DNA from: Longimicrobiales bacterium
Lineage (GTDB): Bacteria; Gemmatimonadota; Gemmatimonadetes; Longimicrobiales; Gaopeijiaceae
DNA: 64,000 bases
Direction: 5' to 3'
Assembly: GCA_965197725.1 (NCBI GenBank)
Contig: CBDANQ010000061.1
Location: forward strand, 192,001-256,000
Below, in pieces: positions 39,982 through 50,263 of the stretch. The translations under genes were made by a program, and so were the position numbers. The notes under the pieces were generated by a model that worked only from the letters and a program-made list of their open reading frames with translations, did not search any database and was not told where the DNA came from. How positions within the stretch are numbered: the stretch's first letter is position 1; the number at the start of each line of letters is the position of its first letter.

Positions 39982-40012
39982 GTGGTCTGCTAGTGGTCTG
40001 CTAGTGGTCTGC
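39982..40012. repeat. 11-bp tandem repeat (GTGGTCTGCTA, about 2.8 copies)
   Basis: GTGGTCTGCTA GTGGTCTGCTA GTGGTCTGC directly upstream of the phosphohexomutase start. Confidence 0.85.
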
Positions 40013-40029
40013 CGCACAGGCTATCCCTA

Positions 40030-41565
40030 CTACGGCGCGATCCCGAGCATCCCATCCCCGATCGCTCCCAGCCCCTGCACGCTCTCGCGCGCGAACTCGA
40101 GCGCCGCACCAGGGAAGATGCCCGTGTACAGGATGAGCCCAACGCTGACGAGCAGCGCAATACGCATAGGGAACGGCGTGATGACGAGATCGTGCTGGCC
40201 CTCACCGGTCGCGTTCTTCATCCACATGACCCACGCGACGCGCAGGTAGTACCAGTACGACGCCACGGTCGTGAGGACGAGGATGACCGAGAGCACCCAC
40301 AGCTCGGAGTCGGCAGCGCCCTGAAGCAGATAGATCTTGCCCACGAAGCCTCCCGTGCCCGGGAAGCCCGCGAGCGAGAGCAGGAAGATCGTCAGGAAGA
40401 CGCCCAGCGTCGGGTTCGCCCAGCCGAAGCCGGCGTAGTCGTCAACGTACAGGCGCTCTTCAGACTGGTGCGCCACACTGATCACGATCGCGAACGCGCC
40501 GATGTTCATGAGCGTGTACACGAGCAGGTAGAAGAGCATGCCGGCCGCGGCGCTCTCGTTCGCCGCGGTCACGGCGACGAGAAGATACCCCCCATGCGCG
40601 ATACTCGAGTACGCGAGCATCCGCTTCACGTTCGTTTGCACGAGAGCGATGAGGTTCGCCGAGACCATGGTGATCGCGGCGAGCCACCACAGGATCGGGA
40701 ACCAGGTGGCGTACGCATCGTCGAAGGCGACCAGGAAGACGCGCAGGAATGCTACGAAGGCGGCCGCCTTTACCACCGCGGACATGAACGCGGTCACCGG
40801 CGCCGGCGCACCCTCATACACGTCGGGCGTCCACATGTGGAAGGGAACGGCCGAGACCTTGAACGAGAAGCCGATCGCCACGAGCGCAATGGCGATAGCC
40901 AAGAGGCCGGGCGCGGCAGCGCCGCTCGCGACGCTCGCCCCCATGACCGCGACGTTCGTACTGCCCGTGGCGCCGTAGGTGAGCGCGATGCCATAGAGGA
41001 AGAAGCCCGTGGCGAACGCACCGAGCAGGAAGTACTTGAGGCCGGCCTCGGCGGACTTGCGATCGCGGCGGTTGAAGGCGGTGAGCGCGTACACGGCGAT
41101 CGACATGACCTCGAGCCCGAGGAACATGACGATCAGGTCGCGCGTGCCCGCCATGAACATCGCGCCGGCCGTTGCGAACAGAATCAGCGCGTAGAACTCA
41201 CCCGCCTGGAGCCGCTGGCGATACACGTAGGTGAACGAAATCAGAATGGTGAGCGCGGCGGCGAGCAGGAAGATCCAGTTGGCGAAGAGCCGGAAACGAT
41301 CCAGTGCGATCATGGAGTCCTGCCCGACCTCCGTGATGCCATAGAGCCACCCGTTCGCGCCGGCCGCCGCAAGCACACCGACCAGGGAGAGCCATCCAAG
41401 GTCGGCCATGGTTCCGAAGCTCGGGTCACCCGAGGGCGCCTTGTCGGCATCCTTGTACTTGCCCGAAACGCCGGCGACGAGAACCACCATGCCGAACGTG
41501 CACAGCACGATCTCGGGCAGGAGCGCCCAGAAGAAGTGGAGCTGCCGGCTGAAGTCGAGTTCCAT
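40030..41565 (-). CDS. nuoN: NADH-quinone oxidoreductase subunit N
   Basis: EAGLKYF, FKVSAVPFHMWTPDVYEGAP, KRMLAYSSIAH. Confidence 0.9.
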   Translation of the reverse strand: MELDFSRQLHFFWALLPEIVLCTFGMVVLVAGVSGKYKDADKAPSGDPSFGTMADLGWLSLVGVLAAAGANGWLYGITEVGQDSMIALDRFRLFANWIFLLAAALTILISFTYVYRQRLQAGEFYALILFATAGAMFMAGTRDLIVMFLGLEVMSIAVYALTAFNRRDRKSAEAGLKYFLLGAFATGFFLYGIALTYGATGSTNVAVMGASVASGAAAPGLLAIAIALVAIGFSFKVSAVPFHMWTPDVYEGAPAPVTAFMSAVVKAAAFVAFLRVFLVAFDDAYATWFPILWWLAAITMVSANLIALVQTNVKRMLAYSSIAHGGYLLVAVTAANESAAAGMLFYLLVYTLMNIGAFAIVISVAHQSEERLYVDDYAGFGWANPTLGVFLTIFLLSLAGFPGTGGFVGKIYLLQGAADSELWVLSVILVLTTVASYWYYLRVAWVMWMKNATGEGQHDLVITPFPMRIALLVSVGLILYTGIFPGAALEFARESVQGLGAIGDGMLGIAP

Positions 41566-41581
41566 GAGCCTTTTCGTAAGC

Positions 41582-41710
41582 CTAGAAGGCTGTTGAAGAA
41601 GTACAGCGGGCCGCCACCCGTGCTAACGCACGGGTCCCCGGGATGCCACGGCCCCAGAGGGCACCCGTGCATAGCACGGGTCGCGGAGCTTCGAAGGCAT
41701 AGCCGTCGCT
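41582..41710. mobile_element. IS/MITE-end-like insert with two palindromes, replacing the 3' part of nuoM
   Basis: CTAG-AAGGCTGTTGAAGAAGT resembles IS5/IS1182-type termini; ACCCGTGC-N3/4-GCACGGGT at 41616-41635 and 41663-41681. Confidence 0.5.
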
Positions 41711-42604
41711 GCCGATGACCGCGAGCACCAGCATGACGGACACCACCGTCGGGTGCAGCGCCGCGACCGGAAACAGCGGCAGCAGGAACCGGAGAAAGCC
41801 GTACGTGCCCATCTTCAGGAGCACCGCGGCCAAGACCACCGAGCCCGGCGTCGGGGCCTCGACGTGGGCGTCCGGAAGCCAAGTGTGCAGCGGGAAGACA
41901 GGCACCTTCACGCTGAACGCCAGCGCGAAGGCCGTGAAGAGCCAGAGCTGCTCGGTCCCCGTGAGCGGCAGCTGGAGCATGTCCGAATAGGCGAAAGTCG
42001 AGATGCCTAGCAGCGTCTTCGCCTTGTAGAACAAGTAGAGAATCCCGACCAGCATCAGTAGAGACCCGAACGCCATGTACAGGAAGAACTTGATCGCGGC
42101 GTAGATACGGCGCTCCCCGCCCCACACACCCACGATGAAATACATGGGGACGAGCGTGAGCTCGAAGAACACGTAGAAGAGGAGGAGGTCCGTCGCGACG
42201 AAGACGCCGACCACACCGGCTTCCAGGAGCAGCATCAGCGCATAGAACGCACGCTGCTTCTCCGTGATGTAGTTGAACGACCCGAGGATCGCGAGCGCGC
42301 TGGTGGACGTGGTCAGGATCACCATGAACAGGCTGATGCCGTCGATCCCGAGCGAGTAGCTCACCCCCCAAGTCTCGATCCATGGCCTGGTGCTCTCCAT
42401 CTGCATGCCGCCCTGCGTGGGATCGAAGGCCCACCAGAGCCCGAAGCTCAGCACCATCACGCCCATCGACCACCAGAATGCCACCCTCTTGGCCGTTTCC
42501 CCCTCGGCCCAGAGCACGAGCCCCACGCCCAGGATGGGCAGCCAGATGAGCGCGTGCAGCGCCCACCCCGTGTAGCCGATCGATTCGAGCATCGAATTCA
42601 TCAT
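41711..42604 (-). pseudogene. nuoM: NADH-quinone oxidoreductase subunit M, truncated after ~298 codons
   Basis: FFELTLVPMY, KVPVFPLHTWLPDAHVEAP, LLKMGTYG present; similarity ends at LAVIG, followed by unrelated sequence to a stop at 41582. Confidence 0.85.
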
Positions 42605-42614
42605 CGCCCGCCCA

Positions 42615-44771
42615 CTAGAAGATCGACACGCCGAGGATGACCAGGACGCCGACGGTGAGAACGAATGCGTAGGTGTTCACCGTCCCGGTCTGGAACACGC
42701 TGACGACGAAGCCCAAGGCTCGCGCCATGCAGCCGACACCGTTCACGACGCCGTCGATGATCCCCGCGTCGATCACCTTCCAGCAGAACCGGGATAGGGC
42801 CAAAACCGGCTGAACGATGACGCGGTCGTAGAGCTCGTCGACGTAGCACTTGTCGTGGAGCACCTTGGCGATGCCGGTCGGCTCGACGTCCTCCGCGGCC
42901 GGCACGACCTTCTGGCCGCCGACGAATCGGAACGAAGCGACGACGACCGCGAGCCCAGCCAGACCCGAGAGAACGGCCCAGACGACTTCGCCCCCACCCG
43001 TGGGCGCGGTCTCGGCAAGCACACCCAGGTTGACCTCCTGGATGTGCTGGGCCTGCTCCGTAATCGGGTGCAGCCATTCGTGGAGCCAGCCGCTGGTCAG
43101 CGGCCCGAGACCAAGTAGCGTATCTCGGATGTGCCCAGAAACGTTGACCCATCCGCTGACCGCGGCGAGGACGGCCAGCACCGCGAGCGGCGCCCACATG
43201 ACCGCAGGCGCCTCGTGCAGCGACTTCTCCTCTTCGCCCCCGGTGCGGTTCTCACCGTGGAAGGTCATGACCATCATGCGGGTCATGTAAAACGCCGTGA
43301 GCATCGCCGCGGCTGATGCGGTTACCCAGTACACCGTGTAGAGCACTGGATAGGGGGCGTTCGCCGCCCCACCGAATGCGGCGGCCTGCCAGATGATCTC
43401 GTCCTTGGAGAAGAAGCCTGCGAATGGCCAGATGCCGGCGATAGCGAGGGTGGCGATCCACATGGTCGCCCACGTGATCGGCATGTGCTTCTTCAGCCCA
43501 CCCATGTTCCGCATGTCCTGCGCATCTTCATCGCTGTGCGTGCTGTGATACGCCACGTGCATCGAGTGGATCACGGCACCCGCACCGAGAAATAGCAGCG
43601 CCTTGAAGAACGCGTGCGTCATGAGATGGAAGACGCCGGCGCTGTACGCACCAACCCCGACGCCGACGAACATGTAGCCGAGCTGAGAGACCGTGGAGTA
43701 CGCGAGCAGCTTCTTGATGTCGTTCTGCTTGAGCGCGATCGTCGCGGCGAACAGCGCGGTCAGAACACCGACGCCCGCCACCGTCGCGCTCGCGATCGGC
43801 GAGAGCGCGAAGAGCACCGACGAGCGCGCGACGAGGTACACGCCGGCCGTGACCATGGTGGCCGCGTGGATGAGGGCAGAGACCGGCGTGGGGCCCGCCA
43901 TCGCGTCGGGCAACCAAACGTAGAGCGGCATCTGAGCGCTCTTGCCCGCCGCGCCCAAGAAGAAGAAGAGCGTGATGGCCGTCACGAGCCCACCGCCGTA
44001 GACGAGGGCTCCTTCGGCTCCCGCGAAGATCGGCACGAAATCCAACGTGCCGAACGTCGTGAACAGGAAGAACATCGCGACCAGGAAGCCGAGGTCGCCA
44101 ACGCGATTGACGATGAACGCCTTCTTGCCCGCGTCCGACTTCTCACGGTCACTGAACCAGAATCCGATCAGCAGGTACGAGCAAAGCCCAACACCTTCCC
44201 AGCCCACGAACATGAGCGGGTAGCTCGCGCCCATCACGAGCACGAGCATGAAGAAGATGAAGAGGTTCAGGTAGGCGAAGTAGCGGGGATAACCCGCATC
44301 GTCCTTCATGTAGCCGACGCTGAACACGTGGATCAGGAACCCCACGCCCGTGACGATCATCATCATGATCATCGACAGTTGATCGAGCTGCAGCGCCGCC
44401 TCGACGCTGAAGGTAGCCGTCGCCATCCACGTCCAATACTCGACGACGAAGGGCTCTTCGAGATGCGCGCCGGACATGCGCCCGAAGTTCACCAGCGTGA
44501 TCACAAAGGCCAGCAGCAACACACCCGGGCCAATCAGACTCGGGAGCGTGTGCGTCAACGGCCGACCGCCCTCGTCGAGATCGAGCTCGCCGCCGGAGCG
44601 GACGGCGGCAGCCGACGTCGACGCATGCCGGAGCGCGAGCACACCGTTGAGCACGAAGCCGAGCAGTGGCAACAGGACGATGACTCCGGGAAGGAACGCC
44701 TCGAAGTGCGCGCCGCCCTCGGCGGCCGTCTGGCCGCCCTGGAACAGGAGCGCTGCTAAGGAAGCGTGCAT
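42615..44771 (-). CDS. nuoL: NADH-quinone oxidoreductase subunit L
   Basis: GWEGVGLCSY, GKSAQ.PL.VWLPDAMAGPTPVSALIHAATMV, HAFFKALLF. Confidence 0.9.
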   Translation of the reverse strand: MHASLAALLFQGGQTAAEGGAHFEAFLPGVIVLLPLLGFVLNGVLALRHASTSAAAVRSGGELDLDEGGRPLTHTLPSLIGPGVLLLAFVITLVNFGRMSGAHLEEPFVVEYWTWMATATFSVEAALQLDQLSMIMMMIVTGVGFLIHVFSVGYMKDDAGYPRYFAYLNLFIFFMLVLVMGASYPLMFVGWEGVGLCSYLLIGFWFSDREKSDAGKKAFIVNRVGDLGFLVAMFFLFTTFGTLDFVPIFAGAEGALVYGGGLVTAITLFFFLGAAGKSAQMPLYVWLPDAMAGPTPVSALIHAATMVTAGVYLVARSSVLFALSPIASATVAGVGVLTALFAATIALKQNDIKKLLAYSTVSQLGYMFVGVGVGAYSAGVFHLMTHAFFKALLFLGAGAVIHSMHVAYHSTHSDEDAQDMRNMGGLKKHMPITWATMWIATLAIAGIWPFAGFFSKDEIIWQAAAFGGAANAPYPVLYTVYWVTASAAAMLTAFYMTRMMVMTFHGENRTGGEEEKSLHEAPAVMWAPLAVLAVLAAVSGWVNVSGHIRDTLLGLGPLTSGWLHEWLHPITEQAQHIQEVNLGVLAETAPTGGGEVVWAVLSGLAGLAVVVASFRFVGGQKVVPAAEDVEPTGIAKVLHDKCYVDELYDRVIVQPVLALSRFCWKVIDAGIIDGVVNGVGCMARALGFVVSVFQTGTVNTYAFVLTVGVLVILGVSIF

Positions 44772-44775
44772 GCCG

Positions 44776-45069
44776 CTACCACCTCAGCAGTTTGAAGTTG
44801 TCCACATTCACCGTCTCGTAGTGCCGGAAGATCGAGATGATGATGGCGAGACCGACGGCCGCCTCCGCGGCCGCGACCGTCATCACGAAGAAGACGAATA
44901 TCTGCCCGTCGATGCCGTGCAGCCGGGAGAACGCGACAAACGTGAGGTTCACCGCGTTGAGCTGAAGCTCGATGCATAGGAACATGATGATCGCGTTCCG
45001 ACGCACGAGCACACCAAAAGTGCCGAGCACGAACAGAAAGGCACTGAGAACGAGCGCTTCGGTGATCAT
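44776..45069 (-). CDS. nuoK: NADH-quinone oxidoreductase subunit K
   Basis: [19 protein letters not shown]. Confidence 0.92.
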   Translation of the reverse strand: MITEALVLSAFLFVLGTFGVLVRRNAIIMFLCIELQLNAVNLTFVAFSRLHGIDGQIFVFFVMTVAAAEAAVGLAIIISIFRHYETVNVDNFKLLRW

Positions 45070-45584
45070 GCGACGTTCTGCTTGGCAAGGAGGAGCGCGC
45101 CCACGATTGCGACGAGCAGCAGGATACCCGTGATCTCGAAGGGCACGACGTAAGTCGTGTAGAGCGGTTCCGCGATCGCACCGACAACGCCGTGGTCGGC
45201 CATCGCCGCGTCGATCGCAGCCCCGCCGGGAGCGCCCTCGGCGAGAGCGGCGCCGCGCAGCTGGATCGACAGGAAGGCCGCCATCGCGCCGACGGTCACG
45301 GCGGAGACCAGCGCAAACATGCCGGCCTTGAGATCCTTCTGATAATCGTGCCCCAGACTCAGCAGCATGATCACGAAGAGAAAGAGCACCATAATCGCGC
45401 CGGCGTACACAATGATCTGGATCGCCGCCAAAAAGTGCGCCTCCAGCATCACGAAGATCGCCGCCATACTGCCCAGCGTCACCACCATCGAGAGAAGGCT
45501 ACCCACCGGATTCTTCGACATCACGACGCCGAGCGCACCAGCCAGCGTAACCGCCGCAAAGACGTAGAAAAGGACGGTGATCAC
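45066..45584 (-). CDS. nuoJ: NADH-quinone oxidoreductase subunit J
   Basis: [29 protein letters not shown]. Confidence 0.92.
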   Translation of the reverse strand: MITVLFYVFAAVTLAGALGVVMSKNPVGSLLSMVVTLGSMAAIFVMLEAHFLAAIQIIVYAGAIMVLFLFVIMLLSLGHDYQKDLKAGMFALVSAVTVGAMAAFLSIQLRGAALAEGAPGGAAIDAAMADHGVVGAIAEPLYTTYVVPFEITGILLLVAIVGALLLAKQNVA

Positions 45585-46081
45585 TCGGACCTCGGGTCCG
45601 ATGGATCCCACAAAAGCGTCGTCGGGTGGTCTTGTTCCATCAGTCGGTCCAAATCGTAAACAAACCGGTCGCGTGTATACTCAGCATTCTCGAAGTGCCG
45701 CCCCACATGGATCGCCTCGACCGGGCAGACCTCCTGGCACATGCCGCAGAAAATGCACCGGAACTCGTCGATCTCGTACACGATCGGGTATCGATTTCCC
45801 TGGTCGTCCTCGCCACCTACCAGGCGGATGCAGTTGGCGGGACACACGGTGGGGCAGAGGCCGCACGCAACGCATTTTGGACGTCCGTCTGCGTGAACTT
45901 CCATGCGATGCGTGCCACGCCAGCGCGGGCTCAGGTCGGTCTGCTCCTCGGGATATTGCTGCGTCACCTTGGCCGGGTTGACCATGTGCTTGAAGGTGAG
46001 CGCCATGCCGCGGAGCGCGGCGCGGAGGTAGGAGGTCGACTCCGACTCCGGTCGGTGCATGACTTTGACTGAAATGGCCAT
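45581..46081 (-). CDS. nuoI: NADH-quinone oxidoreductase subunit I
   Basis: CVACGLCPTVCP and CIFCGMCQEVCP. Confidence 0.93.
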   Translation of the reverse strand: MAISVKVMHRPESESTSYLRAALRGMALTFKHMVNPAKVTQQYPEEQTDLSPRWRGTHRMEVHADGRPKCVACGLCPTVCPANCIRLVGGEDDQGNRYPIVYEIDEFRCIFCGMCQEVCPVEAIHVGRHFENAEYTRDRFVYDLDRLMEQDHPTTLLWDPSDPRSE

Positions 46082-46093
46082 GGACTGGACGCC

Positions 46094-47377
46094 TCAATCC
46101 CCCGCGGGAGCGGCTTGAGAGATGGTCTTGACCTCGACTCTCTGCGCGTATTGGGCAGCGGCGCCGGTGATCGTACGACCGCGGTCCAAGAAGAACACGA
46201 AGCCAACGGTGGCGGCCGTGCTAACCGCGGTGAGCGCGGCGCCGTAGCTGAAACCCCACGCCACTCCGACCTCGTCGAGCACGAGGATCGTAGCACCGAT
46301 CAGCATCACATAGGCGAGGGCGGTAGGCAGCATGACCTTCCATCCCAGCGCCATCACCTGGTCGTAGCGGAAGCGTGGGAGCGTCCACCGGATCCAGATG
46401 AAGAGCAACAGAAAGAAACCGGTCTTGGCCGCAAAGCCGGCGAAGGTGGCTAGCGTCTTCCACAGTGCCGGGCTCGCTAGGACCACGGTGCCGTCGGCCG
46501 CGAAGCCTCGGATGAGCCGTCCGTCGTACCAGAAGGCGTTGTCCCAGGTGCCGGGCAGATCCCAGCCACCGAGGAAGAGCGTAGCCATGAGGGCCGATGC
46601 AGTCGCCATGTGTCCGAACTCGGCGATCATGAAAGCCGAGAACTTCATCGCCGAGTACTCGGTGTGGTACCCGGTGATGAGCTCCGACTCGGCCTCCGCC
46701 ATGTCGAAGGGTAGCCGGTTCGTCTCCGCGAACGCCGAGATCACGAAAAGAATGAACGCCAACGACAGCGGGAACGCGAACCACATGCCAAGCTGCTGCT
46801 GTTGCCAGATGATCTCGGTGAGCGTCACGTTGCCGGCCATCATCAGCACTGCGATGAGCGAGAGGCCGAGCGCGACTTCGTAGCTCACCATCTGGGCCGA
46901 CGCGCGCAACGCGCCCAGGAAGGCGTACTTGTTGTTCGACGCCCATCCGCCGAGCACGACGCCATACACCGCGAGCGAGCTGAGGGCGAGCACGTAGAGA
47001 ATCCCGATCGGCACGTCCGCGATAATCATGTCGACGACGCCAGCGGCCGTGGGCAGCGGAGCGGCAAACGGGATGACGGCGAACGTCACCAACGCCGGCG
47101 CGAGTACCAGCATCGGGGCCATGACGAAGAACGCCTTCGAAGCGGTCGCCGGAACCGTCTCTTCCTTCAGGAGGCTCTTGATGCCATCCGCGATCGGCTG
47201 AAGCAGCCCGAACGGACCCACTCGGTTGGGACCGTGGCGGTCCTGGATCCAGGCCGACACACGACGCTCCGCGAGCGTTGTGTACGCCACGACGAGCATC
47301 AGCACGGTGAACGTCACCGTGACCTTGAGGCTCATCGCCACGAGCGCCCAAATCCCCGAGATGGGTTGGAATTCCAT
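46094..47377 (-). CDS. nuoH: NADH-quinone oxidoreductase subunit H
   Basis: QDRHGPNRVG, QMVSYE, AETNRLPFD..EAESEL, PRFRYDQ. Confidence 0.92.
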   Translation of the reverse strand: MEFQPISGIWALVAMSLKVTVTFTVLMLVVAYTTLAERRVSAWIQDRHGPNRVGPFGLLQPIADGIKSLLKEETVPATASKAFFVMAPMLVLAPALVTFAVIPFAAPLPTAAGVVDMIIADVPIGILYVLALSSLAVYGVVLGGWASNNKYAFLGALRASAQMVSYEVALGLSLIAVLMMAGNVTLTEIIWQQQQLGMWFAFPLSLAFILFVISAFAETNRLPFDMAEAESELITGYHTEYSAMKFSAFMIAEFGHMATASALMATLFLGGWDLPGTWDNAFWYDGRLIRGFAADGTVVLASPALWKTLATFAGFAAKTGFFLLLFIWIRWTLPRFRYDQVMALGWKVMLPTALAYVMLIGATILVLDEVGVAWGFSYGAALTAVSTAATVGFVFFLDRGRTITGAAAQYAQRVEVKTISQAAPAGD

Positions 47378-47381
47378 CCGG

Positions 47382-48968
47382 TCAGTCTCCCGCGAGCGAC
47401 ACGGGGTTGTTCACGACCGCACCGCGGGTGCCGATGTCGTCATAGGTCAGGCCACTGAAAGCGGGGACCCCGGTCACGAGTGTCGTGAACGCGTCCGCCG
47501 CACTGCGCGGGGCGTCGGTGTCCATCAGCTCGGCGACCAGCGCTCCCAGAATGAGCCATGCCGGACGCGCCATGCCGGGCGCTTGCAGGCCCGGCCAGAA
47601 GCGCTGCACACGCCCAGCCACGTTCGTGAACGTGCCCTCCTGCTCCGCGAAGGTCGTCACGGGAAGCACGAAGCGGGCGGTGGCGGCAGCCTCCGACTCG
47701 TGGCTGCCGAGGAACACGTAGAGCGCTGCGTTCTTGCCGAAGTCCGCGGCCTGGTCCTCGAGCGCATCCCCGAGCACCATGAGCACCCCATCGTGGCTGG
47801 CCGCATCCTCCAGGCCGCCGGTCGCGTCATCGGCGCCCGCCCGCTCCAGGCCGATGAGCTCGGCGCCCGTCGTGTTCGCCGCGAGGTCCCGTCGACGCGC
47901 TAGCGACGGGAAGCCTTTGAGTACGATCTCATGCTCAGCCCGGGCGGAGCGGTACACGGTATCACCACCACCGAGCGCCTCGATGAGCGCCCTGAGCGCG
48001 CCGAGATCCTCGTTCGAGGCGAGCGGCGAAGCGACGGCTTTCACCGAACCGGCACCGTTCGCCTCTTCGAGCAACGCGCTGAGCGCGTCCTTCCAACCGA
48101 CAGCCTTGCAGCCACCATCGCCGTCCCTCACCAGGGGTGCCTCGATGCGAACGCCCTGGTTGATCCACTCGTAGTTTTCGCGACCCTGGTCGCACATCCA
48201 CCAACCGTTGACGTCGAGGTCTTCGCGTGGCTTGAGGCGCTGAACCAGGTTGTCTCGCGTGTGCAGATCGATGTTGCAGCCTTGCGAGCAGCTCGTGCAG
48301 ATCGAGGGCGTGTGTTCGAGGTCCCACGCACGCGCCTTGTGCAGAAAGTCCTTCGAGACCAGGGCGCCTACCGGGCAGATATCGACGATGTTGCCGTGCC
48401 AATGTGTGCCGTCGAGGCCTTCCTCGAAGAACGTGTCGATGACGGAGCGGTTGCCTCGGTCCACGACGGTCAGCCGAGGGTCCCGTTCCACTTCGCTCAT
48501 GAAGCGGACACAGCGCGTGCACATGACACAGCGGTCGCCGTAGAAGAGCACATCACCACCGAAGTCGTCTCGCCCGAAAACCCTCTTTGGCTCACGCGAG
48601 CGCCCGCTTTCCCGGCCTTCCTCGTGCACGTAGTCCTGAAGGTCGCACTCACCGGACATGTCGCAGATCGGGCAGTCGAGCGGATGGTTCACCAGGTAGA
48701 ACTCGAGCACGCCCTGGCGACTCGCCTTGGCCTGCTCGGACTGCGTGTGCACCACCTGGCCGTCCATCACCGTCGTCACGCATCCAGGCATCGGCTTGGG
48801 GGCACCCTCGATCTCGACGAGGCAGAGGCGACACATCGCGGGAGACGACATGCCCGGGTGATAGCAATAGTGTGGGACCTCCTGGCCGATCGTCTTCGCG
48901 GCTTCGAGGATCGTGGTTCCCGTGGAGACCGTGACCTCGTGGCCATCAATGGTGAGCGTGACCGCCAT
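47382..48968 (-). CDS. nuoG: NADH-quinone oxidoreductase subunit G (short form)
   Basis: HYCYHP, CRLC, NHPLDCPICD, CVMCTRCVRF, DICPVGAL. Confidence 0.88.
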   Translation of the reverse strand: MAVTLTIDGHEVTVSTGTTILEAAKTIGQEVPHYCYHPGMSSPAMCRLCLVEIEGAPKPMPGCVTTVMDGQVVHTQSEQAKASRQGVLEFYLVNHPLDCPICDMSGECDLQDYVHEEGRESGRSREPKRVFGRDDFGGDVLFYGDRCVMCTRCVRFMSEVERDPRLTVVDRGNRSVIDTFFEEGLDGTHWHGNIVDICPVGALVSKDFLHKARAWDLEHTPSICTSCSQGCNIDLHTRDNLVQRLKPREDLDVNGWWMCDQGRENYEWINQGVRIEAPLVRDGDGGCKAVGWKDALSALLEEANGAGSVKAVASPLASNEDLGALRALIEALGGGDTVYRSARAEHEIVLKGFPSLARRRDLAANTTGAELIGLERAGADDATGGLEDAASHDGVLMVLGDALEDQAADFGKNAALYVFLGSHESEAAATARFVLPVTTFAEQEGTFTNVAGRVQRFWPGLQAPGMARPAWLILGALVAELMDTDAPRSAADAFTTLVTGVPAFSGLTYDDIGTRGAVVNNPVSLAGD

Positions 48969-50263
48969 CAGGCAGCCCCCACGGGCTCACCGCGCCGGAT
49001 CAAGGCGAGATACTCATCTCCGAACTTCTCGATCGACGATTGCACCGGAGCTGCCACGGAGTCTGACAGCAAGCAGATCGTCGTGCCGACCATGTTCTGG
49101 GTCATCTCCATCAGCGTATCGAGATCGCCCTCGGTCCCCTTCCCATTCTCGATCCGCCGGAGGATCTGAGCGGTCCACGCCGTCCCCTCACGACACGGCG
49201 TGCACTGTCCGCACGACTCGTGCGCATAGAAGTCGACCATGCGGCGGACCTGCTTCACGATGTCCGCGGTCTCGTCCATCACGATGACTGAGGCGCAGCC
49301 GAGCATCGTTCCGACCTCGACGCAGCCCTCGTAGTCGAGCTTGCACGCATTTGCCTCCTCGGCATTGATGAGAGGGACCGAAGACCCGCCCGGGATCACT
49401 GCCTTCAATGCGTTGCCGCCCCTCATGCCCCCGCAAACGTCTTCAATGAGCTCGATGAGCGGGAAGCCGAGCGGGAGCTCGTAGCTGCCGGGCTTGTTCA
49501 CGTGACCACTCACGCAGAACAGTTTCGTGCCCGGACTCTTTTCGGTCCCATACTGCCGGTACCACTCGCCTCCGTTTTTTACGATGTGAGGAATGGCGGA
49601 CAGAGTCTCCACGTTGTTGATCGTGGACGGCTGGCCGAACGCACCGACGGCAGCCGGGAACGGCGGCTTGATCCGAGGCTCGCCGCGGCGGCCCTCCAGC
49701 GAGTTCATCAGGCCGGTCTCTTCGCCACATATGTACGCGCCAGCCCCCTGGTGAACCGTGACGTCGATCGTGGAGCCGGAGCCGAGGATGTTCTCGCCGA
49801 CGTAGCCCTTCGCGTAGGCGTCTTCGACCGCGCGCGCAAGAACCTGGTTCGCCTCGAAGAACTCACCTCGGCAATAATAGATGTAGACGTGCTGGGCGCG
49901 GATCGCGTGGGCGCCGATCAGGCAGCCCTCGATGAGCTGATGGGGGTCCCAGCGAATGAGCTCACGGTCCTTGAAGGTGCCCGGCTCTGATGCGTCAGCG
50001 TTGCACACGAGGTAGTGGGGCTTCCTCGGCTCCTTCGGCATGAAGGACCACTTCACACCCGTGGGAAATCCAGCGCCGCCACGTCCCCGAAGCCCCGAGG
50101 ACTTCACGACCTCGACGACGTCGTCCGGGCCCATTCCAAGCGCATTCTCGAGCGCCTTGTAGCCGCCGCGCTTCACATAGGCGCCGATGCGCCGCTGTTT
50201 CGGGTCGCCGAAATAGGTGCTGAGAATGCGAACCTCTCTATCCGACACGTAGGGGTAAGCCAT
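48968..50263 (-). CDS. nuoF: NADH-quinone oxidoreductase subunit F (altered NADE motif, one extra codon)
   Basis: GLRGRGGAGF, GAYICGEET, ESCGQCTPCREG; NADASEPG instead of NADExEPG. Confidence 0.88.
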   Translation of the reverse strand: MAYPYVSDREVRILSTYFGDPKQRRIGAYVKRGGYKALENALGMGPDDVVEVVKSSGLRGRGGAGFPTGVKWSFMPKEPRKPHYLVCNADASEPGTFKDRELIRWDPHQLIEGCLIGAHAIRAQHVYIYYCRGEFFEANQVLARAVEDAYAKGYVGENILGSGSTIDVTVHQGAGAYICGEETGLMNSLEGRRGEPRIKPPFPAAVGAFGQPSTINNVETLSAIPHIVKNGGEWYRQYGTEKSPGTKLFCVSGHVNKPGSYELPLGFPLIELIEDVCGGMRGGNALKAVIPGGSSVPLINAEEANACKLDYEGCVEVGTMLGCASVIVMDETADIVKQVRRMVDFYAHESCGQCTPCREGTAWTAQILRRIENGKGTEGDLDTLMEMTQNMVGTTICLLSDSVAAPVQSSIEKFGDEYLALIRRGEPVGAA

